Shown here piece after piece: positions 43,116 through 62,587 of a stretch of 64,000 nt of DNA. A program made the translations under genes and the position numbers. How positions within the stretch are numbered: the first letter of the stretch is position 1; the number at the start of each line of letters is the position of its first letter. The stretch comes from Escherichia coli (GTDB lineage Bacteria; Pseudomonadota; Gammaproteobacteria; Enterobacterales; Enterobacteriaceae): the NCBI RefSeq assembly GCF_013122565.1, contig NZ_CP053258.1; one strand, given 5' to 3'. The notes under the pieces were generated by a model, which was given only the letters and a program-made list of their open reading frames with translations, was not told the origin of the DNA and did no database searches.

Positions 43116-46100
43116 TTACTCGTCTTCCAGTTCGATGTTGATACCCAGCGAACGAATCTCTTTCAACAATACGTTGAAGGATTCTGGCATGCCCGGCTCC
43201 ATCTGATGGTTGCCGTCCACGATGTTCTTATACATCTTGGTACGACCGTTCACGTCATCAGACTTAACGGTGAGCATTTCCTGCAGGGTGTATGCTGCGC
43301 CGTATGCTTCCAGCGCCCACACTTCCATCTCCCCGAAACGCTGACCACCGAACTGTGCCTTACCACCCAGCGGCTGCTGAGTAACCAGGCTGTAAGAACC
43401 GGTGGAACGCGCGTGCATCTTGTCGTCGACCAGGTGGTTCAGTTTCAGCATGTACATGTAACCAACGGTTACCGGACGCTCGAACTGTTCACCAGTGCGG
43501 CCGTCGTACAGGCGGATCTGACCGGAAGTCGGCAGGTCGCCAAGTTTCAGCAGCTCTTTAATTTCTGCTTCTTTCGCACCGTCGAACACCGGCGTTGCGA
43601 TTGGCATACCTTTGCGCAGGTTTTCAGCCAGACGCATAACTTCTTCATCGCTGAAGGTACTCAGGTCAACTTTCTGACGAACGTCAGCGCCCAGATCGTA
43701 CGCACGCTGGATGAATTCGCGCAGTTTCGCGACTTCTTGCTGCTGTTTCAGCATGGCGTTGATCTTGTCGCCGATACCTTTCGCAGCCATACCCAGGTGG
43801 GTTTCGAGGATCTGACCGATGTTCATACGAGACGGTACGCCCAGCGGGTTCAGTACGATGTCTACCGGCGTACCGTTTTCATCGTAAGGCATATCTTCGA
43901 TCGGGTTGATCTTAGAAATTACACCCTTGTTACCGTGACGACCTGCCATCTTGTCACCAGGCTGGATACGGCGTTTAACCGCCAGATATACCTTAACAAT
44001 CTTCAGCACGCCCGGTGCCAGATCGTCGCCCTGGGTGATTTTGCGGCGTTTCGCTTCGAGTTTCTTCTCGAACTCGTGTTTCAGTTCGTCATACTGCTCA
44101 GCCAGCTGTTCCAGCTGATTTTGTTTCTCTTCGTCGGTCAGGCCCAGCTCCAGCCAGCGATCGCGCGGCAGTTTGTCGAGCTTCTCAGCTTCAACGCCAC
44201 CGGCTACCAGCACAGCACGGATACGGCTGAACAGACCCGCTTCGAGGATCTGCAGTTCTTCAGACAGGTCTTTCTTCGCCTGTTTGAGCTGCATTTCTTC
44301 GATTTCCAGCGCACGTTTGTCTTTTTCTACGCCATCGCGAGTAAAGACCTGAACGTCGATAACCGTACCGGATACACCGTTTGGTACGCGCAGAGAAGAG
44401 TCTTTAACGTCAGAGGCTTTCTCACCGAAGATCGCACGCAGCAGTTTTTCTTCTGGGGTCAGCTGAGTTTCACCTTTCGGCGTTACCTTACCAACCAGAA
44501 TGTCGCCACCGGTCACTTCCGCACCAATGTAAACGATACCGGATTCATCCAGTTTGGAGAGCGCAGCTTCACCCACGTTCGGGATGTCAGCGGTGATCTC
44601 TTCCGGCCCCAGCTTGGTGTCACGGGACACACACGCCAGTTCCTGAATGTGGATGGTGGTGAAACGGTCTTCCTGAACAACACGCTCGGATACGAGGATG
44701 GAGTCTTCGAAGTTGTAACCATTCCACGGCATGAACGCTACGCGCATGTTCTGACCAAGCGCCAGTTCACCGAGGTCGGTGGACGGACCGTCTGCCAGCA
44801 CGTCGCCACGTTCAACCGGTTCACCCAGAGACACACACGGCATCTGGTTGATACAGGTGTTCTGGTTAGAACGGGTGTATTTGGTCAGGTTGTAGATGTC
44901 GATACCTGCTTCACCCGGATACATCTCGTCTTCGTTAACTTTGATAACGATACGGGAAGCATCCACGTACTGAACGACACCACCACGTTTAGCTACCGCA
45001 GTTACACCGGAGTCAACGGCAACAGCACGTTCCATACCAGTACCAACCAGCGGCTTATCAGCGCGCAGAGTCGGAACGGCCTGACGTTGCATGTTCGCAC
45101 CCATCAATGCACGGTTGGCGTCATCGTGTTCCAGGAACGGGATCAGGGACGCACCGACGGATACCACCTGCTGGGTGGATACGTCCATGTAGTCAACCTG
45201 GTCGCGGCTGAACAAGCTGGATTCGCCTTTGCTACGGCAAGTTACCAGGTCTTCTACGAAGTGGCCTTCTTCATCCAGGTTGGAGTTCGCCTGGGCGATA
45301 ACGTAGTTGCCTTCTTCGATAGCAGACAGGTAGTGAATTTCGTCAGTTACAACACCGTCGGTCACTTTACGATACGGAGTCTCAAGGAAGCCGTATTCGT
45401 TAGTCTGTGCGTACACGGACAGGGAGTTGATCAGACCGATGTTCGGACCTTCAGGGGTTTCGATTGGACATACGCGACCGTAGTGAGTCGGGTGTACGTC
45501 TCGAACTTCGAAGCCTGCACGTTCACGGGTCAGACCGCCTGGGCCGAGTGCGGAGATACGACGTTTGTGCGTAATCTCAGACAGCGGGTTGTTCTGGTCC
45601 ATAAACTGAGACAGCTGGCTGGAACCGAAGAACTCTTTCACTGCTGCGGAAATCGGCTTGGCGTTGATCATATCCTGAGGCATCAGGGTATCCAGATCGC
45701 CCAGAGACAAACGCTCTTTCACCGCACGCTCTACACGTACCAGACCAACGCGGAACTGGTTTTCCGCCATTTCGCCAACGGAACGGATACGACGGTTGCC
45801 GAGGTGGTCGATATCATCGACTTCGCCTTTACCGTTACGGATATCGATGAGCTTTTTCATAACATCAATGATGTCGTCTTTGCTCAGGATACCGGAACCT
45901 TCGATTTCTTCGCGCAGCAGAGAACGGTTGAACTTCATACGACCAACCGCAGACAGGTCATAACGGTCTTCGGAGAAGAACAGGTTCTCGAACAGGCTTT
46001 CAGCTGCTTCACGAGTCGGCGGCTCGCCAGGGCGCATCATGCGGTAGATTTCTACCAGTGCGCTCAGACGGTCGTTAGTTGGGTCGACACGTAAGGTTTC

Positions 46101-47144
46101 AGAGATATACGGGCCGTGATCCAGGTCGTTGGTGAACAGCGTTTCGATACGCTTGTGACCAGACTGGCTCAGCTTAGCCAGCAGATCCAGGCTCAGCTCC
46201 ATGTTCGCTGCGCAGATCAGCTCGCCGGTAGACTCATCAATATAGTCTTTAGCAACCACTTTACCTGCGATGTACTCAACCGGGACTTCGATCAGTTTGA
46301 CGTCGTCTTTTTCCAGCTGGCGAATGTGGCGCGCAGTGATACGGCGGCCTTTTTCTACGTACACTTTACCGTTAGCTTCGATGTCAAAAGATGCGGTTTC
46401 ACCACGCAGGCGTTCCGGCACCAGTTCCATCTGCAGCTTGTTATCACGGATTTCAAAGATAACTTTTTCAAAGAACAGGTCGAGGATCTGCTCTGTGGTG
46501 TAGTTCAGGGCGCGCAGAATGATGGTCGCAGGCAGTTTACGGCGACGGTCGATACGTACGAACAGGTTGTCCTTCGGATCGAATTCGAAGTCCAGCCAGG
46601 AACCACGGTAAGGGATGATGCGCGCGTTATACAGCACTTTACCCGAAGAGTGGGTTTTACCTTTGTCGGAGTCAAAGAAGACGCCCGGACTACGGTGCAG
46701 CTGGGAAACGATAACACGCTCAGTACCGTTGATAACAAAGGTACCGTTGTCTGTCATGAGCGGAATTTCGCCCATGTAGACTTCTTGTTCTTTAATGTCT
46801 TTTACGGTGCCTTCCGGCGCTTCGCGCTCATAGATCACCAGACGCAGTTTAACGCGCAGCGGTGCGGAATAGGTCACGCCACGGATTTGACATTCCTGGA
46901 CGTCAAACACCGGTTCGCCAAGGCGGTAGCTGACGTATTGCAGCTCGGAATTACCGCTGTAGCTCTGAATCGGGAATACGGAACGGAAAGCAGCTTCCAG
47001 ACCATACTGCCCTTCAGGATCTTGCTCGATAAATTTCTGAAACGAGTCAAGCTGGATAGAAAGGAGATAAGGTACATCCAGAACTTGTGGACGTTTACCA
47101 AAATCCTTACGAATACGTTTTTTCTCGGTATAGGAGTAAACCAT
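43116..47144 (-). CDS. rpoB: RNA polymerase beta subunit
   Basis: ORF 43116-47177; canonical start [35 protein letters not shown] is 11 codons inside the ORF-track start; 1342 aa. Confidence 0.98.
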
Positions 47145-47389
47145 AGGGTTCCTCAGCTCGCTGACAAGTCGACCCATCTGTCCATTGAGCGGACAGTTTG
47201 TGCAACACTATTTTGTTGACCGGAAAATGGAACACTTTCCGCAATGCCTGTTGCTATCACGCTTAAACCATTTCATTGCGATTTACACAGAACGGGCGTC
47301 CTGTCGCAGTATATTAAGTCGTCGATAGAAACAAGCATTGAAAGGCACAGCAGTAGTCAAACAGTGTGAAACGCTACTGGCGCCTTACA

Positions 47390-47422
47390 GCGCAAAAAGG
47401 CTGGTGACCAAAAAGTCACCAG
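47390..47422 (-). terminator. rplL-rpoB intercistronic attenuator (partial terminator)
   Basis: Minus-strand ctggtgac-ttttt-ggtcaccag hairpin followed by a T-run, in the 286-bp rplL-rpoB spacer where the rpoBC attenuator is known to lie. Confidence 0.7.
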
Positions 47423-47463
47423 CCATCAGCCTGATTTCTCAGGCTGCAACCGGAAGGGTTGGC

Positions 47464-47829
<366 letters not shown>

Positions 47830-47895
47830 TTAAATTGTTCCTGAATATCAGAATAAGTTTATACGTAAGCGAATGCGTTAAAAAGATAACTGCGA

Positions 47896-48393
47896 TTAAG
47901 CAGCTTCTTTCGCATCGCGTACAGCAGCCAGAGTACGAACCAGTTTGCCAGCCGAAGCTTCTTTCATGGTTGCCATCAGGCGTGCAATTGCTTCTTCGTA
48001 GGTCGGCAGAGTTGCCAGGCGGTCGATCTGAGACGCCGGGATCAGCTCACCTTCAAAGGCAGCGGCTTTGACCTCAAATTTTGCATTCGCTTTCGCGAAC
48101 TCTTTGAACAGACGAGCAGCAGCGCCCGGGTGTTCCATAGAGTATGCAATCAGGGTCGGACCAACAAACGCGTCTTTCAGGCACTCGAACGGAGTACCTT
48201 CAACAGCACGGCGCAGCAGGGTGTTACGAACAACACGCATGTATACGCCAGCTTCGCGACCTGCTTTACGCAGTTCAGTCATTTTATCTACAGTTACGCC
48301 ACGGGAATCCGCAACTACTGCAGACAGCGCGCCTTTGGCTACTTCGCTGACTTCAGCAACAATCGCTTGTTTGTCTTGAAGATTTAAAGCCAT
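47896..48393 (-). CDS. rplJ: 50S ribosomal protein L10
   Basis: 165-aa [53 protein letters not shown]... Confidence 0.98.
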
Positions 48394-48684
48394 TAGCTTT
48401 GCTCCTGGATGTTTGCCAGAGAAAATCTCTGGAACTCACTTCACTCCTCCAAACGGAGAGAGCGTCTTAATTACGGTGAGCAGAAACAAGCCAGAATATA
48501 AAAGAATAATCTTAGCGTTCTGTCACCGTCTACGCAGGGGATTAAGTTTCTTGCGAAACTCCTGCGGTCTTCGACGGAGGCCTGGATAGGCCAGGCTCCA
48601 ACGAACAAATCTTTTTAGCTGCTAACTTTCGTTAGCATACGTGGGGGTAAGATTGTAGACAAAATCACCGCCCACGTAAAGGCA

Positions 48685-49884
<1,200 letters not shown>

Positions 49885-49979
49885 TTACGGGCAAGGCCCA
49901 TAAAAACAAAAGGCGCGAAATTGTATTCCAATCTCGCGCCTTGTGCAACGATTAAATCGCCGCTTTTTTGATCGCTGGG

Positions 49980-50525
49980 TTAGGCTTTTTCAACCTGGCT
50001 GAAGTCCAGCTCTACCGGGGTCGCACGACCGAAGATAGAAACAGACACTTTCAGACGAGATTTCTCGTAATCCACTTCTTCAACAACACCGTTGAAGTCA
50101 GCGAACGGACCATCATTAACACGGACCATTTCACCCGGTTCAAACAGCGTTTTCGGACGCGGCTTATCACCAACCTGCTGCAGGCGGTTCATAATCGCAT
50201 CGACTTCTTTATCGCTGATTGGCGCAGGACGATCGGAAGTACCGCCGATGAAGCCCATCACACGCGGTACGCTGCGCACCAGGTGCCAGCTCGCGTCGTT
50301 CATCACCATCTGAACGAGGACGTAGCCAGGGAAGAATTTACGTTCGCTTTTGCGACGCTGACCGCCACGGATTTCAACCACTTCTTCGGTTGGTACCATG
50401 ACTTCACCAAACAAATCTTCCATGTTGTGTAATTTGATATGCTCACGCAGCGACGTTGCTACGCGGCCTTCAAAACCGGAAAACGCCTGAACGACGTACC
50501 AGCGCTTTTTAGGAGCTTCAGACAT
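49980..50525 (-). CDS. nusG: Transcription antitermination / termination factor NusG
   Basis: 181-aa [52 protein letters not shown]... Confidence 0.98.
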
Positions 50526-50526
50526 C

Positions 50527-50910
50527 TCAGAACCTCAGGCCAGTGATAAAGGATACCAGGCGAACCAGAATACCATCCAGTCCCCACAGGATCAGTGACA
50601 TTACTGCGGTAACCGCAGCCACAATCAGCGTGGTGTGCAATGTTTCCTGGCGAGTCGGCCAAATGACCTTACGGACTTCGGTACGCGCTTCACGGGCAAA
50701 AGCAACGGTAGCTTTACCTTTTGTCGTTAACAGCGCGACACCACCCGCTGCAGCAATCAGAATTACTACGGCCAGCGCACGCAGCGGCAGCATAATGTCG
50801 CGATAAAGATAGTTGCCGACAATCGCCACCAGGAGCAATGCCACCACAACGACCCACTTCATCGCTTCCAGGCCGCGCCCGCTTCCTTGAGCTTCGGTAT
50901 TCGCACTCAT
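50527..50910 (-). CDS. secE: Protein translocase subunit SecE
   Basis: 127-aa ORF with three hydrophobic segments; immediately upstream of nusG. Confidence 0.95.
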
Positions 50911-51080
50911 AAACCAACCTGTCAGAAGTTTTCTACAAACATTTTCACCCCGCGATCGCGAGGCAAACCAAATCGAAACGCGTATTAGCTTTTCGGATTA
51001 TACGCCCTCAACAGAGCCTGTCTCAGCAATGATTATGACAAAGAAAATCACTGATGAGCCAGGTTCTGGTACGAAAGCGT

Positions 51081-51109
51081 GCAAAAAGGGCATCAAATGA
51101 TGCCCTTTT
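51081..51109 (-). terminator. tufB operon intrinsic terminator
   Basis: aaagggcatca-aa-tgatgcccttt hairpin with flanking T-run on the minus strand, about 30 nt after the tufB stop. Confidence 0.65.
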
Positions 51110-51139
51110 AGTGCGCATTGCGTCAAATGTTATCGGCAA

Positions 51140-52360
<1,221 letters not shown>

Positions 52361-52438
52361 TCACCACATCAACCAGGCAACATGCCCGACTTGTTGAATG
52401 CAATAAACAGAAGGAAAAAACAGGGAGGAGAAAAGAAG

Positions 52439-52514
52439 TGGTGCTGATAGGCAGATTCGAACTGCCGACCTCACCCTTACCAAGGGTGCGCTCTACCAAC
52501 TGAGCTATATCAGC
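52439..52514 (-). tRNA. thrT: tRNA-Thr (anticodon GGU)
   Basis: Reverse complement GCTGATATAGCTCAGTTGGTAGAGCGCACCCTTGGTAAGGGTGAGGTCGGCAGTTCGAATCTGCCTATCAGCACCA. Confidence 0.95.
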
Positions 52515-52520
52515 ACATCT

Positions 52521-52595
<75 letters not shown>

Positions 52596-52711
52596 ATCCT
52601 GGAACTCGGCTACCTGATTTTCATTCTGCACTGAATATCGAGAGAAGCTCTCTTTATTCGAGCCGGTAAGCGAACTTATCGTCTCGGGCTACGCCATCGC
52701 GTGGCCGAAAT

Positions 52712-52796
<85 letters not shown>

Positions 52797-52804
52797 GGAC
52801 TTGA

Positions 52805-52880
<76 letters not shown>

Positions 52881-52894
52881 ATCAAGTAGCGCGC

Positions 52895-52923
52895 ATTCTA
52901 TGGAGACATGCGAGTTCATGCAA
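52895..52923 (-). promoter_or_regulatory. thrU-tyrU-glyT-thrT-tufB operon promoter
   Basis: Minus strand TTGCAT-17 bp-TAGAAT followed by a GC-rich discriminator (gcgcgc), about 8 nt upstream of thrU. Confidence 0.65.
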
Positions 52924-53240
52924 CTAAAAAATTGCATAATTTGTTTTGTTGGTCACATTTTATGCGACACGATGAAGAAACAGCCGAATGGAGGGCAGAT
53001 TAGCACACTTTTTCAACATGATGTGCTCAACAATGCGCTCCTGCTAAACCATAATTCTTTTTATCAGATGGAATATCTGTCACATTGCTTTTCAACGATA
53101 GCTTCCTGGGAGAGATTTTTTCTTATTATTCCTCCCCATCTGGTGTTACCCTCCTGCCCATTAACCCATTCAACAGAACTGTGACGCGCCATGGCAAATA
53201 TCGCTTTGCCGATAGAGCTATGACCGCCAGAAACATGCTT

Positions 53241-54191
53241 ATGAGTATAAAAGAGCAAACGTTAATGACGCCTTACCTACAGTTTGACCGCAACCAGTGG
53301 GCAGCTCTGCGTGATTCCGTACCTATGACGTTATCGGAAGATGAGATCGCCCGTCTCAAAGGTATTAATGAAGATCTCTCGTTAGAAGAAGTTGCCGAGA
53401 TCTATTTACCTTTGTCACGTTTGCTGAACTTCTATATAAGCTCAAATCTGCGCCGTCAGGCAGTTCTGGAGCAGTTTCTTGGTACCAATGGGCAACGCAT
53501 TCCTTACATTATCAGTATTGCTGGTAGTGTCGCGGTGGGGAAAAGTACAACCGCCCGTGTATTGCAGGCGCTATTAAGCCGTTGGCCGGAACATCGTCGT
53601 GTTGAACTGATCACTACAGATGGCTTCCTTCACCCTAATCAGGTTCTGAAAGAACGAGGTCTGATGAAGAAGAAAGGCTTCCCGGAATCGTATGATATGC
53701 ATCGCCTGGTCAAGTTTGTTTCCGATCTCAAGTCCGGCGTGCCAAACGTTACAGCCCCTGTTTACTCGCATCTTATTTATGATGTGATCCCGGATGGAGA
53801 TAAAACTGTTGTTCAGCCTGATATTTTAATTCTTGAAGGATTAAATGTCTTACAGAGCGGGATGGATTATCCACACGATCCACATCATGTATTTGTTTCT
53901 GATTTTGTCGATTTTTCGATATATGTTGATGCACCGGAAGACTTACTTCAGACGTGGTATATCAACCGTTTTCTGAAATTCCGCGAAGGGGCTTTTACAG
54001 ACCCGGATTCCTATTTTCATAACTACGCGAAATTAACTAAAGAAGAAGCTATTAAGACTGCCATGACATTGTGGAAAGAGATCAACTGGCTGAACTTAAA
54101 GCAAAATATTCTACCTACTCGCGAGCGCGCCAGTTTAATCCTGACGAAAAGTGCTAATCATGCGGTAGAAGAGGTCAGACTACGCAAATAA
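53241..54191 (+). CDS. coaA: Pantothenate kinase (type I)
   Basis: ORF 53085-54191; internal start [27 protein letters not shown] gives 316 aa; P-loop GSVAVGKST present. Confidence 0.95.
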
Positions 54192-54194
54192 TTT

Positions 54195-54225
54195 TCAGGG
54201 GAGCTAATGCTCCCCTTTCTTATTT
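54195..54225. terminator. Hairpin terminator between convergent coaA and birA
   Basis: aggggagc-taat-gctcccct followed by ttcttatttt. Confidence 0.6.
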
Positions 54226-55185
54226 TTATGCACTACGCAGGGATATTTCACCGCCCATCCAGGGTTTTATTATTCCATCCTGCTCAAGCAATAAAGCGCC
54301 CTGTTTGTCTATTCCGCGTGAAATGCCAAATATTTCTTTATCACCAATGATAAGTTTCACTGGGCGATTAATAAAATTATCCAGCTTTTCCCAGCGCGAA
54401 AGATAAGGTGCCAATCCTTCTTGTTCGAAGAGTTCCAGCGCCGCGCGTAATTCACGTATTAGCATGGCCGCCAACGTATTACGATCGAGATTGATCCCCG
54501 CTTCCTGCAGCGTGATCCACCCCTGATTAACGACACTCTCTTCAACACGACGCATTGCCATGTTGATACCGGCTCCAATGACTATTTGCGCCGCATCGCC
54601 GGTTTTACCAGTCAGCTCCACAAGAATGCCTGCCAGCTTGCGATCCTGCAGATAGAGGTCATTAGGCCATTTAACACGAACTTTATCTGCACCCAGCTTG
54701 CGTAATACTTCCGCCATCACGATACCGATAACCAGACTTAAACCAATCGCCGCCGCCGGGCCTTGTTCCAGACGCCAGAACATCGACAAATATAAGTTTG
54801 CGCCAAAAGGCGAAAACCATTTCCGACCCCGGCGACCACGGCCAGCCTGCTGGTATTCTGCAACGCAGGCATCGCCCGATTTAAGCTCTCCGATACGATC
54901 AAGAAAGTACTGATTCGTGGAGTCAATCACTGGCAGCACGGCTACACTACCGCCATCCAGCTGACCCAATATCTGTTTAGCATTAAGTAACTGGATAGGC
55001 TCAGGCAGGCTGTATCCTTTACCCGGAACGGTAAAGACATCAACGCCCCAGTCACGCAGTGTCTGAATGTGTTTATTAATAGCCGCCCGACTCATTCCTA
55101 ACGTTTCACCCAACTGCTCACCTGAGTGAAATTCGCCATTCGCTAACAGCGCGATTAATTTCAGCGGAACGGTATTATCCTTCAT
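54226..55185 (-). CDS. birA: Biotin-protein ligase / bio operon repressor BirA
   Basis: 319-aa [54 protein letters not shown]...; ends ..SLRSA at a TAA, two residues short of the K-12 ending I recall (..SLRSAEK). Confidence 0.93.
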   Translation of the reverse strand: MKDNTVPLKLIALLANGEFHSGEQLGETLGMSRAAINKHIQTLRDWGVDVFTVPGKGYSLPEPIQLLNAKQILGQLDGGSVAVLPVIDSTNQYFLDRIGELKSGDACVAEYQQAGRGRRGRKWFSPFGANLYLSMFWRLEQGPAAAIGLSLVIGIVMAEVLRKLGADKVRVKWPNDLYLQDRKLAGILVELTGKTGDAAQIVIGAGINMAMRRVEESVVNQGWITLQEAGINLDRNTLAAMLIRELRAALELFEQEGLAPYLSRWEKLDNFINRPVKLIIGDKEIFGISRGIDKQGALLLEQDGIIKPWMGGEISLRSA

Positions 55186-56210
55186 GAAATCGTCTCCACT
55201 GCGCTAACTTCACCTGATGCACCAATAAAGCGAACTTCAGGCTCAAGCCAGACATTAAATTTTTCACCCACTTTTTGTCTTACATGGTGCGCCAGTTGCA
55301 CCACATCTTCGCTTTTTGCATTGTCTTCATTAATGAGAACTAACGCCTGTTGACGGTGCACCGCTGCACCACCCATTTGCATCCCTTTTAGCTGGCACTG
55401 ATCGATAAGCCAACCTGCTGCCAGTTTTACTGAACCATCCACCTGGGGGTAATTTGGTGCTGTTGGAAATTGTGCCAGTAATGCTTTAGCCGTTTCGGCA
55501 GACACAACAGGGTTTTTGAAGAAACTACCGGCATTGCCATTCACTTTTGGGTCAGGAAGTTTGGTGGTGCGCATATGACACACCGCATCAAATACTTGCT
55601 GTGGCGTTATTGTTGCAGGATCCAGACGAGTTAAGTCACCATACGTTAGTACAGGTTGCCACTCTTTTGGCAGACGCAGACCTACGGCTACAATGGCGAA
55701 GCGATCCTGGTATTCATGTTTAAAAATACTGTCGCGATAGCCAAAACGGCACTCTTTGGCAGTTAAGCGCACTTGCTTGCCTGTCACCAGTTCAACACAA
55801 TCAACATAAGCGCAAACTCGCTGTAATTCTACGCCATAAGCACCAATATTCTGGATAGGTGATGAGCCGACACAACCAGGAATTAATGCCAGATTTTCCA
55901 GACCTGGCATACCTTCCTGCAAAGTGTATTTTACCAGGCGATGCCAGTTTTCCCCTGCCCCCACATGTAAATACCACGCATCAGGTTCATCATGAATTTC
56001 GATACCTTTGATCCGGTTGATGATCACCGTGCCGCGATAGTCTTCCAGAAAAAGTACATTACTTCCTTCACCCAGAATAAGAGCGGGTTGTCCTTTTGCG
56101 GTTGCATGCTGCCAGGCATTGAGTAGTTGTTGTTCGTCTTCGGCACATACAATGTGCTGAGCATTATGATCAATGCCAAATGTGTTCCAGGGTTTTAAGG
56201 AGTGGTTCAT
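55182..56210 (-). CDS. murB: UDP-N-acetylenolpyruvoylglucosamine reductase
   Basis: 342-aa [57 protein letters not shown]...; overlaps the birA start. Confidence 0.95.
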   Translation of the reverse strand: MNHSLKPWNTFGIDHNAQHIVCAEDEQQLLNAWQHATAKGQPALILGEGSNVLFLEDYRGTVIINRIKGIEIHDEPDAWYLHVGAGENWHRLVKYTLQEGMPGLENLALIPGCVGSSPIQNIGAYGVELQRVCAYVDCVELVTGKQVRLTAKECRFGYRDSIFKHEYQDRFAIVAVGLRLPKEWQPVLTYGDLTRLDPATITPQQVFDAVCHMRTTKLPDPKVNGNAGSFFKNPVVSAETAKALLAQFPTAPNYPQVDGSVKLAAGWLIDQCQLKGMQMGGAAVHRQQALVLINEDNAKSEDVVQLAHHVRQKVGEKFNVWLEPEVRFIGASGEVSAVETIS

Positions 56211-56299
56211 AGCTGCTTTCCTGATGCAAAAACGAGGCTAGTTTACCGTATCTGCGGGGGGATGGCTTGTAGATATGATGACAGGAAAAGTTTGTAGAA

Positions 56300-56332
56300 A
56301 CGCAAAAAGGCCCAGTCTTCCGACTGAGCCTT
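56300..56332 (-). terminator. rrnB operon intrinsic terminator (single T1/T2-like hairpin)
   Basis: Minus strand ggctcagtcggaagactgggcc hairpin followed by a T-run, immediately after the 5S gene. Confidence 0.7.
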
Positions 56333-56344
56333 CTGCTTAATTTG

Positions 56345-56464
56345 ATGCCTGGCAGTTCCCTACTCTCGCATGGGGAGACCCCACACTACCATCGGCGCTA
56401 CGGCGTTTCACTTCTGAGTTCGGCATGGGGTCAGGTGGGACCACCGCGCTACGGCCGCCAGGCA
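56345..56464 (-). rRNA. rrfB: 5S ribosomal RNA (rrnB operon)
   Basis: 120-nt reverse-complement match to E. coli 5S rRNA. Confidence 0.95.
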
Positions 56465-56556
56465 AATTCTGTTTTATCAGACCGCTTCTGCGTTCTGATT
56501 TAATCTGTATCAGGCTGAAAATCTTCTCTCATCCGCCAAAACACCTTCGGCGTTGT

Positions 56557-59460
<2,904 letters not shown>

Positions 59461-59653
59461 TCACAACCCGAAGATGTTTCTTACGATTCATCATCGTGTC
59501 GCGAAAATTTGAGAGACTCACGAACAACTTTCGTTGTTCAGTGTTTCAATTTTCAGCTTGATCCAGATTTTTAAAGAGCAAATATCTCAAACATCACCCG
59601 AAGATGAGTTTTGAGATATTAAGGCAGGTGACTTTCACTCACAAACCAGCAAG

Positions 59654-59729
59654 TGGCGTCCCCTAGGGGATTCGAACCCCTGTTACCGCCGTGAAAGGGC
59701 GGTGTCCTGGGCCTCTAGACGAAGGGGAC
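59654..59729 (-). tRNA. gltT: tRNA-Glu (anticodon UUC) in the 16S-23S spacer
   Basis: Identical 76-nt tRNA-Glu sequence in reverse complement. Confidence 0.95.
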
Positions 59730-59814
59730 GTATCAGTCTGCTTCGCAAGACGCCTTGCTTTTCACTTTCTATCAGACAATCTGTGTGAGCACTGCAAAGT
59801 ACGCTTCTTTAAGG

Positions 59815-61356
<1,542 letters not shown>

Positions 61357-61537
61357 AAAAGTTTGATGCTCAAAGAATTAAACTTCGTAATGAATTACGT
61401 GTTCACTCTTGAGACTTGGTATTCATTTTTCGTCTTGCGACGTTAAGAATCCGTATCTTCGAGTGCCCACACAGATTGTCTGATAAATTGTTAAAGAGCA
61501 GTGCCGCTTCGCTTTTTCTCAGCGGCGCGGGGTGTGC

Positions 61538-61565
61538 ATAATACGCTTTCCCGCCACAGAGTCAA
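61538..61565 (-). promoter_or_regulatory. rrnB P2 promoter
   Basis: Minus strand TTGACT-16 bp-TATTAT. Confidence 0.7.
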
Positions 61566-61656
61566 GCATTTATTTTTGCTTTCTCTGCCGAAGTTCTCAG
61601 GAGAACCCCGCTGACCCGGCGGCGTGTTTGCCGTTGTTCCGTGTCAGTGGTGGCGC

Positions 61657-61710
61657 ATTATAGGGAGTTATTCCGGCCTGACAAGAGGAAATTTAAAATA
61701 ATTTTCCGAC
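61657..61710 (-). promoter_or_regulatory. rrnB P1 promoter with UP element
   Basis: Minus strand TTGTCAGGCCGGAATAACTCCCTATAATGCGCCACCA matches the remembered rrnB P1 sequence; AT-rich UP element upstream. Confidence 0.8.
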
Positions 61711-61729
61711 CGCGCAACATTCAACCAAA

Positions 61730-62587
61730 TCAGCCTAAAACTGCCAGTTTTTCGAGCGTTCCGAAGCCATAACGTTGTAAAACGGGCATTAATTGTTCAG
61801 CTTCTGGCGTCATTGCCATACAAAAGGCAATATTCGCATCGGCAGATTTTGCATCCGGAGCTTCATGTTCTAACAGCCAGGCCGTTCTGCGAGCAATCGC
61901 TGCGCCAGAATCCACCAGCCGGGTTCCCTCTGGCAGCACCTGTAACAGTTCTTCTTGTAGTAGAGGGAAATGGGTGCAACCCAATACAACGGTATCTGGC
62001 GGCTCTTTCATTCTTAACCACGGGCGTAGGATACGTTTTAGTGCATCCAGAGAAACATCTTCGCCATGCAGCTTCGCTTCAGCCAACTCAACCATCTCTG
62101 CCGAGCCCAGCATTTCTATCTGGCATTCATTAGCGAAACGCGCGATCAGCTCATGAGTATAAGAACGTTTAACTGTTCCGCGGGTTGCCAGTAATCCGAC
62201 AATGCCATTTGCCGTCAGACGTGCAGCAGGTTTAATCGCCGGCACGACACCAACAACCGGGAAGTCGAACTTTTCGCGTAATGCAGGAAGTGAAACGGTA
62301 CTGGCAGTGTTGCAAGCGACCACTGCCAGCGCAAGGGGATAACGTTCTTGCACCGCGGTGACAATTGCCACCACTCGCTCAACAATAAACGCTTCGCTTT
62401 TTTCGCCATACGGGAAAGCGACGTTATCGAAAGCATAAATGTAATGGAGATCCGGTAAGAGATGCCGGATCTCGTCATAGACCGACAACCCACCGACGCC
62501 GGAGTCAAACACCAGCACGGTGGGACGTGGTTCAGAAGGTGTAGCTGCCAGACAAGGTGTATTCCCGTCCTGCAGTTTGGTAGCCAT
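61730..62587 (-). CDS. murI: Glutamate racemase
   Basis: ORF 61730-62599; internal start [40 protein letters not shown] gives 285 aa; its 5' end overlaps the btuB 3' end. Confidence 0.93.
   Translation of the reverse strand: MATKLQDGNTPCLAATPSEPRPTVLVFDSGVGGLSVYDEIRHLLPDLHYIYAFDNVAFPYGEKSEAFIVERVVAIVTAVQERYPLALAVVACNTASTVSLPALREKFDFPVVGVVPAIKPAARLTANGIVGLLATRGTVKRSYTHELIARFANECQIEMLGSAEMVELAEAKLHGEDVSLDALKRILRPWLRMKEPPDTVVLGCTHFPLLQEELLQVLPEGTRLVDSGAAIARRTAWLLEHEAPDAKSADANIAFCMAMTPEAEQLMPVLQRYGFGTLEKLAVLG

Noticed and set aside
42906-46094. 1062-aa ORF on the plus strand, antisense to rpoB. Similar long antisense ORFs: 38942-40216, 40232-41353 and 41405-42373 opposite rpoC; 46116-47219 opposite rpoB; 20859-22316 opposite purH; 51230-52339 opposite tufB; 48874-49875 opposite rplA/rplK; 6692-7369 opposite metH.
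   Set aside because: These lie entirely inside well-supported genes on the other strand. Highly expressed genes with biased codon usage are depleted in antisense stop codons, which generates such frames. The translations are low-complexity (rich in V, F, T, R, H, Q) and there is no ribosome-binding site or promoter context.
52900-53184. 94-aa ORF in the thrU-coaA divergent spacer.
   Set aside because: It overlaps the predicted tRNA operon promoter and the coaA 5' region, has no ribosome-binding site and no recognisable domain; most likely a chance ORF in AT-rich promoter DNA.
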